A stretch of DNA of 61,217 nt, counting the filler. It is 6 parts of 6 records of this genome, joined end to end, with 100 filler letters (N's around TTAATTAATTAA, not from the genome) between each part and the next. Parts side by side here need not be neighbours in the genome. Positions count along the whole stretch, not along the records: positions 46,708 to 61,217 come from SRR2962707_3197; 5 more parts are not named here. One strand, written 5' to 3'. The position numbers were made by a program, and so were the translations under genes. Every line of letters begins with the position of its first letter. Position 1 is the first letter of the stretch. This document shows, piece by piece, positions 48,969 to 61,217 of the stretch. Below the pieces are notes generated by a model that worked only from the letters and a program-made list of their open reading frames with translations, did no database searches and was not told where the DNA came from.

Positions 48969-51236
48969 ATGAAATACCGTTCGTTCATTACCGCTGCGTT
49001 CACCGCCTTTGCCCTTCCGGCGATGCCGGCTTTCGCAGTCGACTATGAATACTCGGGGGCCCGGCAGGGCAACCTCGGCCAGATCGGGGTGACGGAGGAG
49101 TTGCACGAGACTGTGAGCGGCGCCGGGTTCGGCATCGCGATCTTCGACTCGCTGGCCGACTTCACGCATATCGACCTCCAGGGGAAGACGAGCGCCTATA
49201 CGCCCTATGCGGGGCGCTACGGGAGTTTCGATTTCCATGGCACGCATGTTTCGGGAATCGCGGGCGGGCTTGCAAACGACATCGGTGTTGTGGGTGTCGC
49301 CCCAGGCGCGGCGATCTACAATTACGCATTTTTCGACGATGACGGCTGGGTTGCCTATGACGGCGGCAGGCGCGCGCTCGACGCTGTTCGTACGCAGAAC
49401 AATGGTGGTGCCAATATCGTTTCCGTGAACATGAGTTACGGCCCCGGAGCGAAGGGCGACGTATTCATGAACGGCGAACTCGACCTGTTCGACGATTACA
49501 CCGACGATTTCGTGATCGTGCGCGCGGCGGGCAATGACGGGGCCAAGGCACGCCTCGAACAATATTCAGGGACTGCAAGCACCGCCCTGGCGCATCTGCT
49601 CATCGTCGGGAGCGTCGACAGCAACAACCATCTGTCGAGCTTTTCCAACAGGCCGGGGAAGGTCTGCATCTCCCTCACCAACCGCTGCGCGGCCAGTGAG
49701 AAGATGTTCAGCTACTTCATCGTGGCGCCGGGCTCCGGCATTCTTTCGGACTATCCGGGGCAATCGCTTGCCACGGCTTCCGGCACGTCGATGGCGGCGC
49801 CGCATGTCGCGGGCGCGGTTGCGCTGATCGCCGAGGACGCGGCCAACAAGAACACCACGCTGACGCCCGCGCAGATCGTCTCGATCATCAAGGATTCGGC
49901 GAAGGATCTCGGCGCGAAGGGGGTCGATGCGGTTTATGGCTGGGGCTTGCTCGATGTCGCCGCGGCGCTTGGGCCGGTCGGCGGGACGGTGATCGAAACG
50001 GCGCCTGTCGTCGTGGTGAAGAAGCAGAAGAAGCAAAAGAAGCTGAAGGTGGCGAAGAAGCCCAAGAAGAAGCCCGGAAAGAAGCCGGGTTGGGGCGGGT
50101 TTTCGCGAGCAGCAGCGGGCACGGGCGACCTCATCAACGGGCTTGTCGTGTTCGACGATTACGGCCGTCCGTTCGAGGCCAACACGGCGGCACTGACCCA
50201 GCCCGAGCGGAACGCGCTTTCGGAGCGGGGCATGGCGGTGCTGGGGCTGGTGTCGCGGCAGGAGACGGCGGATGTGGACAATGGCGAGCATGCGTTGCTG
50301 GCATGGAGCGCGACCGGGCTCGACGGCAAGGCGACGTCCGCGCTCAGGATGGTTTCGGACAGCTATGACATCAATATCGGCATAGGCGCGCCGGAACTCT
50401 TTCTGATGGAAGTGCCTTCGGACAATCGCGCGGCGGCGCCGCAGCGCTTCTCGCGGATCATGTTCTCCTCGCTCGGCGATGCGGGCGAGATGTTCGAGGA
50501 TGCGTTGTCCATCGGGTTCACCACGAGGCTCAGCGACCGCGTGTCGGGCCATGTGTTCGGAATGACGGAAGCGGGCTGGCAGGAAGAAGACGGCGCGGCG
50601 CTGCTCGAGGCGACGCCGGAGACGGAAGGCGACGCGGATTTCGCGGCGGCGGGGCTTTCCTACCGCGTGGCGGACAACTGGTCGCTCGGCGGGTCCTATG
50701 CGGTGCTGCGCGAACGCGGCACGGTGGTGGGGGCGGCATCGTCCGGCGCGCTGTCGCTTGGCGAGGAAGCGCTTACCCAGTTCTGGGGCACGAACCTGAC
50801 CGGCGAGATTGACGAGACTTTTTCGGTTTCGGCCTTCTATACGCGGGCCGTCATCAACAGCACGGGCACGGAGGCTTCGTTGTTCGAGGCCGCGGACAAT
50901 TGGGGTGCGGATCACTACGGCGTGATGTTCGACGCCCGGAACCTCGTTCATGAGAACAGCGTGTTGCGGTTCACGCTGGTGAAGCCGCTGCAGATCACGA
51001 GCGGCACGACATCGGTGCGCGTGCCTGTCGGCCGGGAGCTTGACGGAACGATCAACTATGTGCGGCGGCAGTCGGACTTCGGCGGCAGAGCGCTGCCGAT
51101 CGAGGCGGGGGTGAGCTATCTCGCCGAGACGGGCGCGGGCACGTTCGGCCTGACGCTCGACGTCGTCGACACCAACGTCAATGGCGCAGGCGAGCAGGGC
51201 CTTGCCGTCGGCGCGGGCTTCGCCTTCGAATTCTGA
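48969..51236 (+). CDS. secreted S8 subtilase with Lys-rich linker and beta-rich C-terminal domain
   Basis: Signal peptide; IAIFDS, HGTHVSG, AAGN and GTSMAAPHV; terminal Phe. Confidence 0.9.
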   Translation: MKYRSFITAAFTAFALPAMPAFAVDYEYSGARQGNLGQIGVTEELHETVSGAGFGIAIFDSLADFTHIDLQGKTSAYTPYAGRYGSFDFHGTHVSGIAGGLANDIGVVGVAPGAAIYNYAFFDDDGWVAYDGGRRALDAVRTQNNGGANIVSVNMSYGPGAKGDVFMNGELDLFDDYTDDFVIVRAAGNDGAKARLEQYSGTASTALAHLLIVGSVDSNNHLSSFSNRPGKVCISLTNRCAASEKMFSYFIVAPGSGILSDYPGQSLATASGTSMAAPHVAGAVALIAEDAANKNTTLTPAQIVSIIKDSAKDLGAKGVDAVYGWGLLDVAAALGPVGGTVIETAPVVVVKKQKKQKKLKVAKKPKKKPGKKPGWGGFSRAAAGTGDLINGLVVFDDYGRPFEANTAALTQPERNALSERGMAVLGLVSRQETADVDNGEHALLAWSATGLDGKATSALRMVSDSYDINIGIGAPELFLMEVPSDNRAAAPQRFSRIMFSSLGDAGEMFEDALSIGFTTRLSDRVSGHVFGMTEAGWQEEDGAALLEATPETEGDADFAAAGLSYRVADNWSLGGSYAVLRERGTVVGAASSGALSLGEEALTQFWGTNLTGEIDETFSVSAFYTRAVINSTGTEASLFEAADNWGADHYGVMFDARNLVHENSVLRFTLVKPLQITSGTTSVRVPVGRELDGTINYVRRQSDFGGRALPIEAGVSYLAETGAGTFGLTLDVVDTNVNGAGEQGLAVGAGFAFEF

Positions 51237-51341
51237 TTTTCGGGATAGTGGGGCCAGGCTCCTCCTTCGTCTCCAGCCTGTACAGGCGGCTTGTCATTCG
51301 ACACGATGGCCGCATGTAACGGGCGGGGATGGAGGAGGTCT

Positions 51342-52565
51342 GTGGACCAAAACGCACGCACGATCCAGACCGGCTGCGCGATTGCGGGCGGCGGACCTGC
51401 CGGCATGATGCTCGGGCTGATGCTGGCGCGGGCGGGCGTCGAGGTCACGGTGCTGGAGAAGCATGCCGATTTCCTGCGCGATTTTCGCGGTGACACGATC
51501 CATCCATCGACGCTTGAAGCGATGCATGAGCTGGGGCTGCTGGACGGGTTGCTGAAACGCCCGCACCAGAAAGTGGACGAGGTGGAAATCGAGATCGGAG
51601 CGACGCGCATTGCGGTTGCCGATTTCACGCATCTGCCGACCAAGTGCAAATTCATCGCCTTCATGCCGCAATGGGATTTTCTCGACTTTCTCGCGAGCGA
51701 GGGAAAGCGGTTGCCGAATTTCCGGCTTGTCATGCAGGCGGAGGTGACGAGGCTGATCGAGGTGGGCGGGCGCGTCGCCGGGGTTCTGGCCGAGACGCCG
51801 GAGGGGCAGATGCGCGTGGAGGCGGGGCTCACCGTCGGCGCGGACGGGCGCGGCTCCGTGGTGCGGGAGAAGGCGGGGCTGACGGTGCGCGATATCGGCG
51901 CGCCTTTCGACGTGCTGTGGCTGCGGCTGCCGCGCAAGGAGAGCGACCCGGAGGTGACGCTGGGGCGCGTGAATTATGGGCATGTGTTCATCACGCTCAA
52001 TCGCGGCGACTACTGGCAATGCGCCTTCATCATTCCGGAGGACGGGCTCGACGCGATGAAGGAACGCGGGCTCGACGATTTCCGCGCGCGGATCGCTATG
52101 CTTGCGCCGCATATGGAAGACCGGGTGAGGGCGATTGCGTCGTGGGACGAGATCAAACTGCTGACGGTGAAGATCGACCGGCTGACGGAATGGGCGCGGG
52201 ACGGGCTGCTCTGCATCGGCGATGCGGCGCATGCGATGTCGCCGGTCGGCGGTGTCGGCATCAACCTCGCGATACAGGACGCGGTCGCGGCGGCGAATAT
52301 TCTGGCCGGGCCGTTGAAGGCGGGAACGCTGACCACGGACGATCTGCGCGCCGTGCAGAAGCGGCGGATGTTCCCGACGCGGGTGACGCAGGCTTTTCAG
52401 GTTTTCGCGCAGAGGTTTCTGATCGGGCCGGTGCTCCGCAGCAGTGGCGAGGTTTTGCCGCCCTGGCCGTTCCGGCTGTTCGGCATGTTTCCGCTGCTGC
52501 GGCGATTGCCTGCACGCGCCATCGGCATGGGCGTGCAGCCGGAGCATGTGAAGGCGGGGCGCTAG
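51342..52565 (+). CDS. FAD-dependent oxidoreductase/monooxygenase
   Basis: GGGPAG, RDFRGD, GADG and IGDAAHAMSPVGGVGINLAIQDA; GTG start with GGAGG RBS. Confidence 0.9.
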   Translation: MDQNARTIQTGCAIAGGGPAGMMLGLMLARAGVEVTVLEKHADFLRDFRGDTIHPSTLEAMHELGLLDGLLKRPHQKVDEVEIEIGATRIAVADFTHLPTKCKFIAFMPQWDFLDFLASEGKRLPNFRLVMQAEVTRLIEVGGRVAGVLAETPEGQMRVEAGLTVGADGRGSVVREKAGLTVRDIGAPFDVLWLRLPRKESDPEVTLGRVNYGHVFITLNRGDYWQCAFIIPEDGLDAMKERGLDDFRARIAMLAPHMEDRVRAIASWDEIKLLTVKIDRLTEWARDGLLCIGDAAHAMSPVGGVGINLAIQDAVAAANILAGPLKAGTLTTDDLRAVQKRRMFPTRVTQAFQVFAQRFLIGPVLRSSGEVLPPWPFRLFGMFPLLRRLPARAIGMGVQPEHVKAGR

Positions 52566-52566
52566 T

Positions 52567-54074
<1,508 letters not shown>

Positions 54075-54078
<4 letters not shown>

Positions 54079-55970
54079 GCACCGCCGCCTGTGGAGGCGA
54101 TCTGCTTCAGCAGCGTCTGGTTTACCTCGACGCCCAGCTCGCTCTGGTAGCCGACGACGAAGGTCTGAAGCATGTCGGACGAGAGGGAGTCGGTGAGGTT
54201 CGCCTTTGCATCCGCGTAGGCCTTCGATTCCTTCGTGGTATCGGGATCGCTGATGGTGCGGACGCGCATGACGAGGAGGCTGTCGCCGAGGCCAACGGGG
54301 CCGTAGACGAAGCCGCCTTGGGGCGCGGCAAAGAGTTTGGTCACGGCGGTGCGCGAGAAGGTGTCGTTCTGCGCGTAGCGCTGGATGCCGGGCATGGCGA
54401 GAACGCTGCGGCCATATTCGCTCGCGATCTTTTCGAAGCTCTCGCCCGCATTGCCGCGGTCGACGAGTTTCGCGGCGAGGGCTTCGAGTTCGGCGGCGCG
54501 CTTGCGCTCCTTCCAGAGCGTCACGAGACGGTCGCGGACCTCATCGAGAGGCTGGACGGCGGCGGGCGTGATCTCGTCCACCTGGACCCAGTAGTAGCCT
54601 TCCTTGCCTGTGTCCTTCGGCGGGTTCTGATCGCCGAGCTGGCTGTCATAGACCGTTTCGAGGAGGCCCGGCAGTTCGGGCAGCTCGACGTCATCGCCCG
54701 AGCGCGTCTTGCCCTCTGCGGTGACGCCGGAGACACGGCGCAGGTTGAGGTCGTAGCGCGCGGCGATATCGGCGAGCGGCTCGCCGCCCGCACGGGCATC
54801 TTCGATGGAGTTCTGGATGTCGTAGATCTGCTCGCGGGCGAGTTCGATTTCGAGCGAGGTGCGGACCTGGTCCTTCACCTCCGCGAAAGTGCTTTCCTTG
54901 CCCGGCGTTACCTCGCCGACATGAAGGATCGACCAGCCGAGAGGGCCCTTGACCGGCTCGCTCCAGGCGCCGCTTTCGAGCGCGAAGGCGGCATCGGCGA
55001 TTTCATCCGACAGCAACTCCTCGCGCGAAATCGAGCCGAGGTCGACGTCGTCCATGGTGAGGCCGAGTTCCTTCACGATGGTTTCGGGCTCGCCGCCGCC
55101 GCGCAGCGTTTCAAGCGCGGCGCCGGCGTCTTCTTCGGTGGCGAAGGTGATCTGCTGCACGGCGCGCCGCTCCGGCACGTCGTATTCGCCGCGGCGCTCC
55201 TCATAAGCGGCCTGCAGCGTCTCGTCCGAAATCGTGATGGTGTGGACGATGTCGGCAGGTTCGATTTCCACGAAGCTGAAATCGCGCGTCTCGGGCAGGG
55301 TGAAGGCGGAGGCGCCCGCCCCGTAGAAGGACTGGATCGTTTCCTCGTCCGGGTCCGCGATGTCGCCGACAACGGAAGGCGGCAGGATGATGTAGCCCGC
55401 GGTGCGGGTTTCCTGCTGGAAGCGCAGGATGGCGGCGACCATCGCTTCGGGGGCGGCGACGCCGGCCGTGACCGTATCGGTCAACTGGATCCGCGCCATG
55501 CCTTTGCGGCGTTGTTCGACGAAGCGCTCCTCCGGGATCCCGTTCTGGCTCAGCAACTGGCGGAAGAGGTCGCGGTCGAAGCGGCCGAAGGCACCCTGCA
55601 GGTTCGGATCGGTCATGATATCCGTGCCGACCGCTTCATCGCCGACCGCGAGACCGATATCGTCCGCCGCTTCATCGAGCGTTGCGACGCCGATGAGACG
55701 CGACAGGGCGAGCCGGTCGACGCCGAAACGCTCCGCCTGGTCGCGTGTCAGAGGCTGGCCGAGACGCTCGGACATACGGGCGAGTTCGGCGCGCATCTCC
55801 CGGTCGTAGCTGGCGGAATCGATCTTCTGGTCGCCGACTTCCGCGACCGTGTCGCCGGTGAAGCCGGTGAAGATGTCGGCGATACCCCACACCGCGAAGG
55901 CAATCACCAGGATGCCGATGATGGCCATTCCGACGAAGCCGGAGGCACTTCTTCGCAGCATATCGAGCAT
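54075..55970 (-). CDS. ppiD: PpiD-like chaperone (SurA N-terminal plus rotamase domains)
   Basis: N-terminal TM AFAVWG, VAEVG and parvulin-like region; usual position between tpiA and trpE. Confidence 0.85.
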
Positions 55971-56152
55971 GATCGGTCTTTCTCTTCAGCCACCCGGCGA
56001 GGCGGCGTGTCCAGTTGTACGTGTGTTGCGGCCCGCCGCCCTGGGGCCCCGCGAATGAGGGCGGCATGATAGGTGCGGGGACAGGGCCCCGCAAGCGGTC
56101 CGGCGGGGCTTCGCGCTTGATTTTCCTCAGGAAAAGCGCGACCCCCCGCCGG

Positions 56153-56494
56153 TCATTGCGCGTGGTTGTAGAGCGGCGGAAGACCGAAGGCCACATAGAC
56201 TTCAATGCTTGCCGCCGTTGCCTCGACGAGCCCCCACATCGCGACGAAGGTTGCACTGCCCCAGAGCATGGCGGCGAAGACGGCGCCGAGCTGATGGGGC
56301 TCCTCGTCGCGGACGGCAGCGAAGACGGACACGAAGACCGCCACTTCCGCCGAGGGCAGGAGGATGGCGAGGGCCTGGAGCAGGTCCTCCGGCGGGTGAA
56401 GGCCGAAGCCAAGCAGGAGGAAGGCGACGAAGGCGAGGGCGACGCCTGTGCTGCGGCCGTTCTGGACGAACCAGGAGAGGGTGAGTGTCAGCAT
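56153..56494 (-). CDS. hypothetical membrane protein
   Basis: 113 aa with three hydrophobic helices; AGGG RBS. Confidence 0.55.
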   Translation of the reverse strand: MLTLTLSWFVQNGRSTGVALAFVAFLLLGFGLHPPEDLLQALAILLPSAEVAVFVSVFAAVRDEEPHQLGAVFAAMLWGSATFVAMWGLVEATAASIEVYVAFGLPPLYNHAQ

Positions 56495-57100
56495 AATTCT
56501 TCTCTGTTCCCTCTCCATGCAAATGAAGAAGGCTGAAAGTAATCTTGAGTATTCGCCGGTTCCGGCGGGCAAGACTTCAGCGTTCGCTCCCGAGAGAAAC
56601 GCGCGGGAACGATGCCTGTCCGGTAGGAAAAGGCTGTTTAGAAGCGATTCATCGCGGCGGCGCGCGGATGTCGAGCGCGGGATATGCGATGCGATTCAAG
56701 TATTCATGAGGCATGACGAAACTCCGGGTACACGGGCGATGGTTCGTGACCGGAGTTCTGAAAACACAAGAGCCCCGATCTGGTGGATGGGGCTCTGAAG
56801 TGTCGATTTTTGCAGGCTTTATCAGCGCACGCGCAAGCGACCCGGCCCCGAAGGCGAGTAGTTCCAACCGAAGGCCTTTTCGGCCATTTGCAAACGATGC
56901 GTTGTCATGGCGCGGAACCTACACCCGAGTCGTTTACTTGCCAAATGAATAGTCATCGAACCGACAGTTTCAGACTTGCTGTGTTCTATTTCCCTCAGGT
57001 CTATTTGACCCATCTGCGTTTCGGGCGCTGCGCCCTTGGTTGGCGGGTGCGGAGCCTTCTGCTAAACGGACGCACCACATTCGGGAAGCGGAGCGAGAAG

Positions 57101-57856
57101 ATGGCGGCACGTGTGAAGGCGCTGGTAGCGGGCAACTGGAAGATGAACGGGGTGAAAGCCTCGAAGAAGGAAGTGACGGCGCTGGCGAAGAAGCTCGCGA
57201 AGTCGAAGCCCGGCTGCGACGTGTTGATCTGTCCGCCGGCGACGCTTGTTGCGACGCTGAAAGAAGCGGCGAAGGGAACGAAGATCGCGATCGGCGGGCA
57301 GGACTGTCACGCAAAAGAGAGCGGCGCGCATACCGGCGACGTCTCGGCGGAGATGCTGAAGGATGCGGGCGCGGCCCATGTCATCGTCGGGCATTCGGAG
57401 CGGCGTGCCGATCATGACGAGAGCGATGCGACCGTGAAAGCCAAGGCGGAAGCGGCGCACCGGGCGGGACTTACAGCCATCGTCTGTGTCGGCGAGACGG
57501 ACGCCGAGCGCGACGCGGGTCAGACGCTGAAGATCATCAAGGGACAGCTCAAGGGATCGATGCCGGACGGCGCGAGCGCGAAGACGACAGTCGTCGCCTA
57601 TGAGCCGGTCTGGGCCATCGGTACAGGGCGCACGCCGACGCCGGACGATGTGGCGAAGGTTCATGCCGCGATCCGCAAGGCGCTCGAAGCGCGCTTCGGC
57701 GCGGAAGGCACGAAGATGCGCATTCTCTATGGCGGCTCGGTGAAGCCGTCGAACGCGGCCGAGCTTATGGCGGTGCCGAATGTGAACGGCGCGCTGGTTG
57801 GCGGGGCGAGCCTCAAGGCGGACGATTTCTGGGGTATCATCTCCGCCTATCTCTGA
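57101..57856 (+). CDS. tpiA: triosephosphate isomerase
   Basis: [35 protein letters not shown] and VGGASL. Confidence 0.98.
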   Translation: MAARVKALVAGNWKMNGVKASKKEVTALAKKLAKSKPGCDVLICPPATLVATLKEAAKGTKIAIGGQDCHAKESGAHTGDVSAEMLKDAGAAHVIVGHSERRADHDESDATVKAKAEAAHRAGLTAIVCVGETDAERDAGQTLKIIKGQLKGSMPDGASAKTTVVAYEPVWAIGTGRTPTPDDVAKVHAAIRKALEARFGAEGTKMRILYGGSVKPSNAAELMAVPNVNGALVGGASLKADDFWGIISAYL

Positions 57857-57948
57857 CGCCGGAAGAAGACGGGCTTCATTCACGTTTCAGGCACCAATTC
57901 GAACTAGCCTCATCGGCCAAGCCCGCTTGTGTCTGGAGGCGTTTCGCA

Positions 57949-58836
57949 ATGAAGACCTGCGTCCTTGCGATTGTACTGCTGTCCCTGATCCCGGTTTCCG
58001 CCCGGGCTCTCGAACTCGAGGGAATACCCGGGGTCACGCTCCGTATGGACATTCCCCAGGATTACTGCGCCGTGTCACCGGACGGGGGCCCCAACGAACG
58101 CGCACAGTTCGAAAACGCTTGGGGCACACCGCTGCCGGACAAGGTGCTGCTCGCGTACTTCATCGATTGCGAGGCTCATGAGGTTCTGGTGACCGAGGGG
58201 GCGAAGGCGATGCGCATCCAACGGTCTATCGAGGTTTCGACGCCCCTTCCGCTGGGAGAGGGGCGGATGTGGCCGCGGGAGGAGATTACGGATCTGGCGA
58301 TGGAGCCGATTGGCAGCAACAAGGTCGGCTCGCCCGTCGTGACCGAGATGAACCGCCGGATGCAGGCCTATCTCGGCGAAGACGGGACCAAGTTCGACAT
58401 CTGGGTCATGGGTCCCATCTCACACGACATGAATGGTGCCTATTGAAACACCATAACCGACTTCTATTATCCTGACGGGACAATGCCGATGGTCGGAACG
58501 ATTGCATATATCGACGTCCGGGGCCGTCCGATCATCGTAACCAACAGCCACATCTATCAATCAGGCGAAACGACCCAGGACGTTCAGAGCGAAGCGTTTC
58601 ACCTTGCGGGGCATCTGGTCCATCAGAATCCGCTTACGGCTGAAGACGTCAGGCGGAAACGCTGGGACGAAATTCTGAGGTACGGCGAGAACATGGCGCT
58701 GTTCGCGATCGGCGTGATGATATGCGGCCTCACCATCATTTTCATTGCTGTTCCGGCGCTGCGGCTTGCCCAGCGGACGGATGCGAGGCGGAAGGCCGAT
58801 GTCTTCAGAAAACCTCCGGGAAGCCGGCTTCTCTAA
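57949..58836 (+). pseudogene. exported membrane-anchored protein interrupted by in-frame TGA at 58444-58446
   Basis: ORFs 57949-58446 and 58483-58836 share a frame and the 36 nt between them are open; signal peptide in the first part, TM helix in the second. Confidence 0.6.
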
Positions 58837-59108
58837 AAGCGATGCTTCCCGGCATCTGGACCAGCGGGAATTCGGGCATCAGGGATGCGACAAAGGGCGG
58901 AATCTGGGCGCATCCGGCAGGCTTCCGCGCTTATTCCTTGTAAAGAGGCGACGAAGGGACTATATACCGGCCATCGAATTTTACTGGTTCGGCTGCTCTC
59001 CACGCTCACGATCGAGCGCCGGACCTGTCTTTCCCGATCCCGAAAAGTTTGATCCCCCGGTTGCATGAGCGCCGGAGGTACCTATCCACGTTATAAGGAA
59101 TGCCATCC

Positions 59109-59318
59109 ATGGCAAGCGGAACAGTCAAGTGGTTCAACTCCCAGAAGGGCTTCGGCTTCATTCAGCCGGAAAGCGGCGACAAGGACGTTTTCGTCCACAT
59201 CTCCGCCGTTGAACGCGCGGGCATGCGCTCGCTGAACGAAGGTCAGGCGATCGAATACGATCTCGAGACCGATCAGCGCAGCGGCAAGGTTTCGGCGGCG
59301 AATCTTCGCTCGGCCTGA
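59109..59318 (+). CDS. cspA: cold-shock protein
   Basis: [15 protein letters not shown] (RNP1) and DVFVHISA (RNP2). Confidence 0.96.
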   Translation: MASGTVKWFNSQKGFGFIQPESGDKDVFVHISAVERAGMRSLNEGQAIEYDLETDQRSGKVSAANLRSA

Positions 59319-59328
59319 ATCCAATGAG

Positions 59329-59358
59329 GAAGGGGCGCTCCGGCGCCCCTTTTTTATC
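59329..59358 (+). terminator. rho-independent terminator
   Basis: AAGGGGCGC-TCCG-GCGCCCCTT followed by TTTT. Confidence 0.8.
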
Positions 59359-59369
59359 TTCGGAGCTCT

Positions 59370-59597
59370 ATGATGGCGCGCAAGAAGCCGATGGACGGTG
59401 AATTCATCGCATTCAACGTCGTCTATGAGGACGGCTCGCTGAGCTCCAACCGAAAGGTGCCGACTTCGGCACTCGAAAACCTCACCGACACGGCCAGCGC
59501 GAAGGCCGTCATCGAGGCGCAAGACCGCGACATTGCCGAGAAGTCCGGCAGGCCACGCGGGCGCGTCAAAACCCTCGAGCGCGTCAAGCGGAAGTGA
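59370..59597 (+). CDS. small hypothetical protein
   Basis: FNVVYEDGSLSSNRKVP...IEAQDRDIAEKSGRPR; GGAG RBS. Confidence 0.75.
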   Translation: MMARKKPMDGEFIAFNVVYEDGSLSSNRKVPTSALENLTDTASAKAVIEAQDRDIAEKSGRPRGRVKTLERVKRK

Positions 59598-59601
59598 GGC
59601 C

Positions 59602-59757
59602 ATGGCTTTCAAACCGAATTACCGGCACGAGCGTGCCGAGCGCGACCGCGCCAAAGCGGCAAAAGCGCAGCAGAAACTGAAAGAGCGCGAGGAAAAAGCC
59701 GCGCTCCGGAAGGAACCCGAAGACGGCGGGGCGGCAAGCGAGACGCCAGAGGACTAA
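59602..59757 (+). CDS. small charged hypothetical protein
   Basis: MAFKPNYRHERAERDRAKAAK; GAGG RBS. Confidence 0.65.
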   Translation: MAFKPNYRHERAERDRAKAAKAQQKLKEREEKAALRKEPEDGGAASETPED

Positions 59758-59762
59758 GACGC

Positions 59763-59951
59763 ATGGAAAAGCACAAATACGACATCGGCGAGACGGTGGA
59801 GTTCACCGCGGGCGGTTCCTATCCTCCGGCAGCGCGCGGGCGATACACGGTTGTGCGCCAGCTTCCCTCCGAGGGCGCGGGCTACCAGTACCGCATCAAG
59901 AGCCTGTCCGACGGCCATGAACGCATGGTCCATGAAGGCCAGCTCGGCTAG
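59763..59951 (+). CDS. small hypothetical protein (SH3-like beta fold likely)
   Basis: HKYDIGETV...YTVVRQLP...YQYRIKS...HER; GAGGA RBS. Confidence 0.75.
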   Translation: MEKHKYDIGETVEFTAGGSYPPAARGRYTVVRQLPSEGAGYQYRIKSLSDGHERMVHEGQLG

Positions 59952-60199
59952 ACGACGATTCGAGCGCGGAAGGCCCCGCGTTCACACGGTTTCTTAAAGC
60001 GATTTCTGAACAAAAAAGGTGCGGGAGCGCACACCGGGACGCCGCTTCGGGCGTGGCGGTGCGAGAGGGCTGGAAACGGCGCGCTTCATGCGCTACAACC
60101 CGCCGCGACCGGCCCGGCTGCCGTCCAGGCAGCTTGCGGCCTTTTCCTGTTTCAACAAGCCGGTTGTTCAACAAACGGTTTCGGGCGACCCGAGGTGTC

Positions 60200-60664
60200 A
60201 TGGCGACCATCATTCTGATCATTCATCTGATGCTCGCGGTGGCGCTTGTCGCGACCGTTCTGTTGCAGCGTTCCGAAGGCGGAGCGCTGGGCATTGGCGG
60301 CGGCGGAGACGGGCTGATGTCCGGCCGCGGCGCAGGCAATGCGCTGACTCGGGCGACGGCCGTTCTGGCGGCACTGTTCATGACGACGAGCCTGGTGCTC
60401 GGCATTCTCGCGGCGCGGGGCGGCATGGCGGACAGCGTGCTCGACCGCATTGTACCGCCGGCCGAGGACAGCAGCAGCGACTTCGACGCCGACGTACCGG
60501 CACCTCTCGGCACGGAATTCGATACGCCCGAGGCTCCCCCGGCAGACGGCACGGACGCCATCGCGCCGACGGCGCCCGCCGAGGCCCCCACGGGCGGCGA
60601 CACGGGGCAGGGCCCGGCAACGGCGCCGGAACCGGCCGAACCTGCCGTTCCTCGCGCGGAATAG
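60200..60664 (+). CDS. secG: preprotein translocase subunit SecG
   Basis: VLLQRSEGGALG...LTRATAVLA; upstream of pyrG. Confidence 0.93.
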   Translation: MATIILIIHLMLAVALVATVLLQRSEGGALGIGGGGDGLMSGRGAGNALTRATAVLAALFMTTSLVLGILAARGGMADSVLDRIVPPAEDSSSDFDADVPAPLGTEFDTPEAPPADGTDAIAPTAPAEAPTGGDTGQGPATAPEPAEPAVPRAE

Positions 60665-60770
60665 GCGAACTCGTAACGAAGCCCGGCGCGGGGCTCAGGT
60701 CTCGCGCGGGTACTATTTTTGTCTGGGGTGGCGTTTCGCCCTCCGAATCGTTTGGCTTGGTGTAATCTAG

Positions 60771-61217
<447 letters not shown>

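Noticed and set aside
56495-57100. ncRNA or N-terminal extension of tpiA in the 600-bp gap
   Set aside because: No recognisable RNA family or motif; TpiA homology begins at 57101
58444-58446. Selenocysteine codon
   Set aside because: No redox-motif context and no convincing SECIS hairpin seen just downstream

Overview
The window is not one continuous locus. It is six contigs joined by 100-bp artificial spacers (N44-TTAATTAATTAA-N44) at 11791-11890, 18312-18411, 28424-28523, 35394-35493 and 46608-46707. Differences in composition and gene content suggest several proteobacterial genomes. Contig 1 (1-11790): a cbb3 oxidase operon (ccoOQP, small ORF, DUF2189, ccoI, ccoS) and an opposing cluster of FAA hydrolase, GH29 fucosidase, DUF1302, DUF1329 and a GPH symporter. 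Contig 2 (11891-18311): a truncated NRPS/PKS protein with an odd C-T-T-AT-C order, a secreted cyclase and a dienelactone hydrolase. Contig 3 (18412-28423): catabolic and regulatory genes (LysR, SDRs, SMP-30, CoA transferase, TetR, nitronate monooxygenase, cobU, cytochrome c). Contig 4 (28524-35393): Lhr-like helicase, pdeM, PaaI, LytTR/DUF2306, folD and fhs. Contig 5 (35494-46607) is the main discovery. It is an apparently complete 11.1-kb element bounded by the 3' end of tRNA-Phe. It carries an integrase, DUF2971 cargo, a divergent ribbon-helix-helix switch, a DUF1376 replication initiator, an HK97 prohead protease and major capsid protein, a tail fibre and a cos-like site. No portal, terminase, tail or lysis genes are recognisable, so it is a candidate atypical phage satellite. 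Contig 6 (46708-61217): trpC/D/G/E interrupted by an S8 protease and an FAD oxidoreductase, then ppiD, tpiA, a cold-shock cluster, secG and pyrG. All family calls come from motifs recognised by eye; no searches were run.
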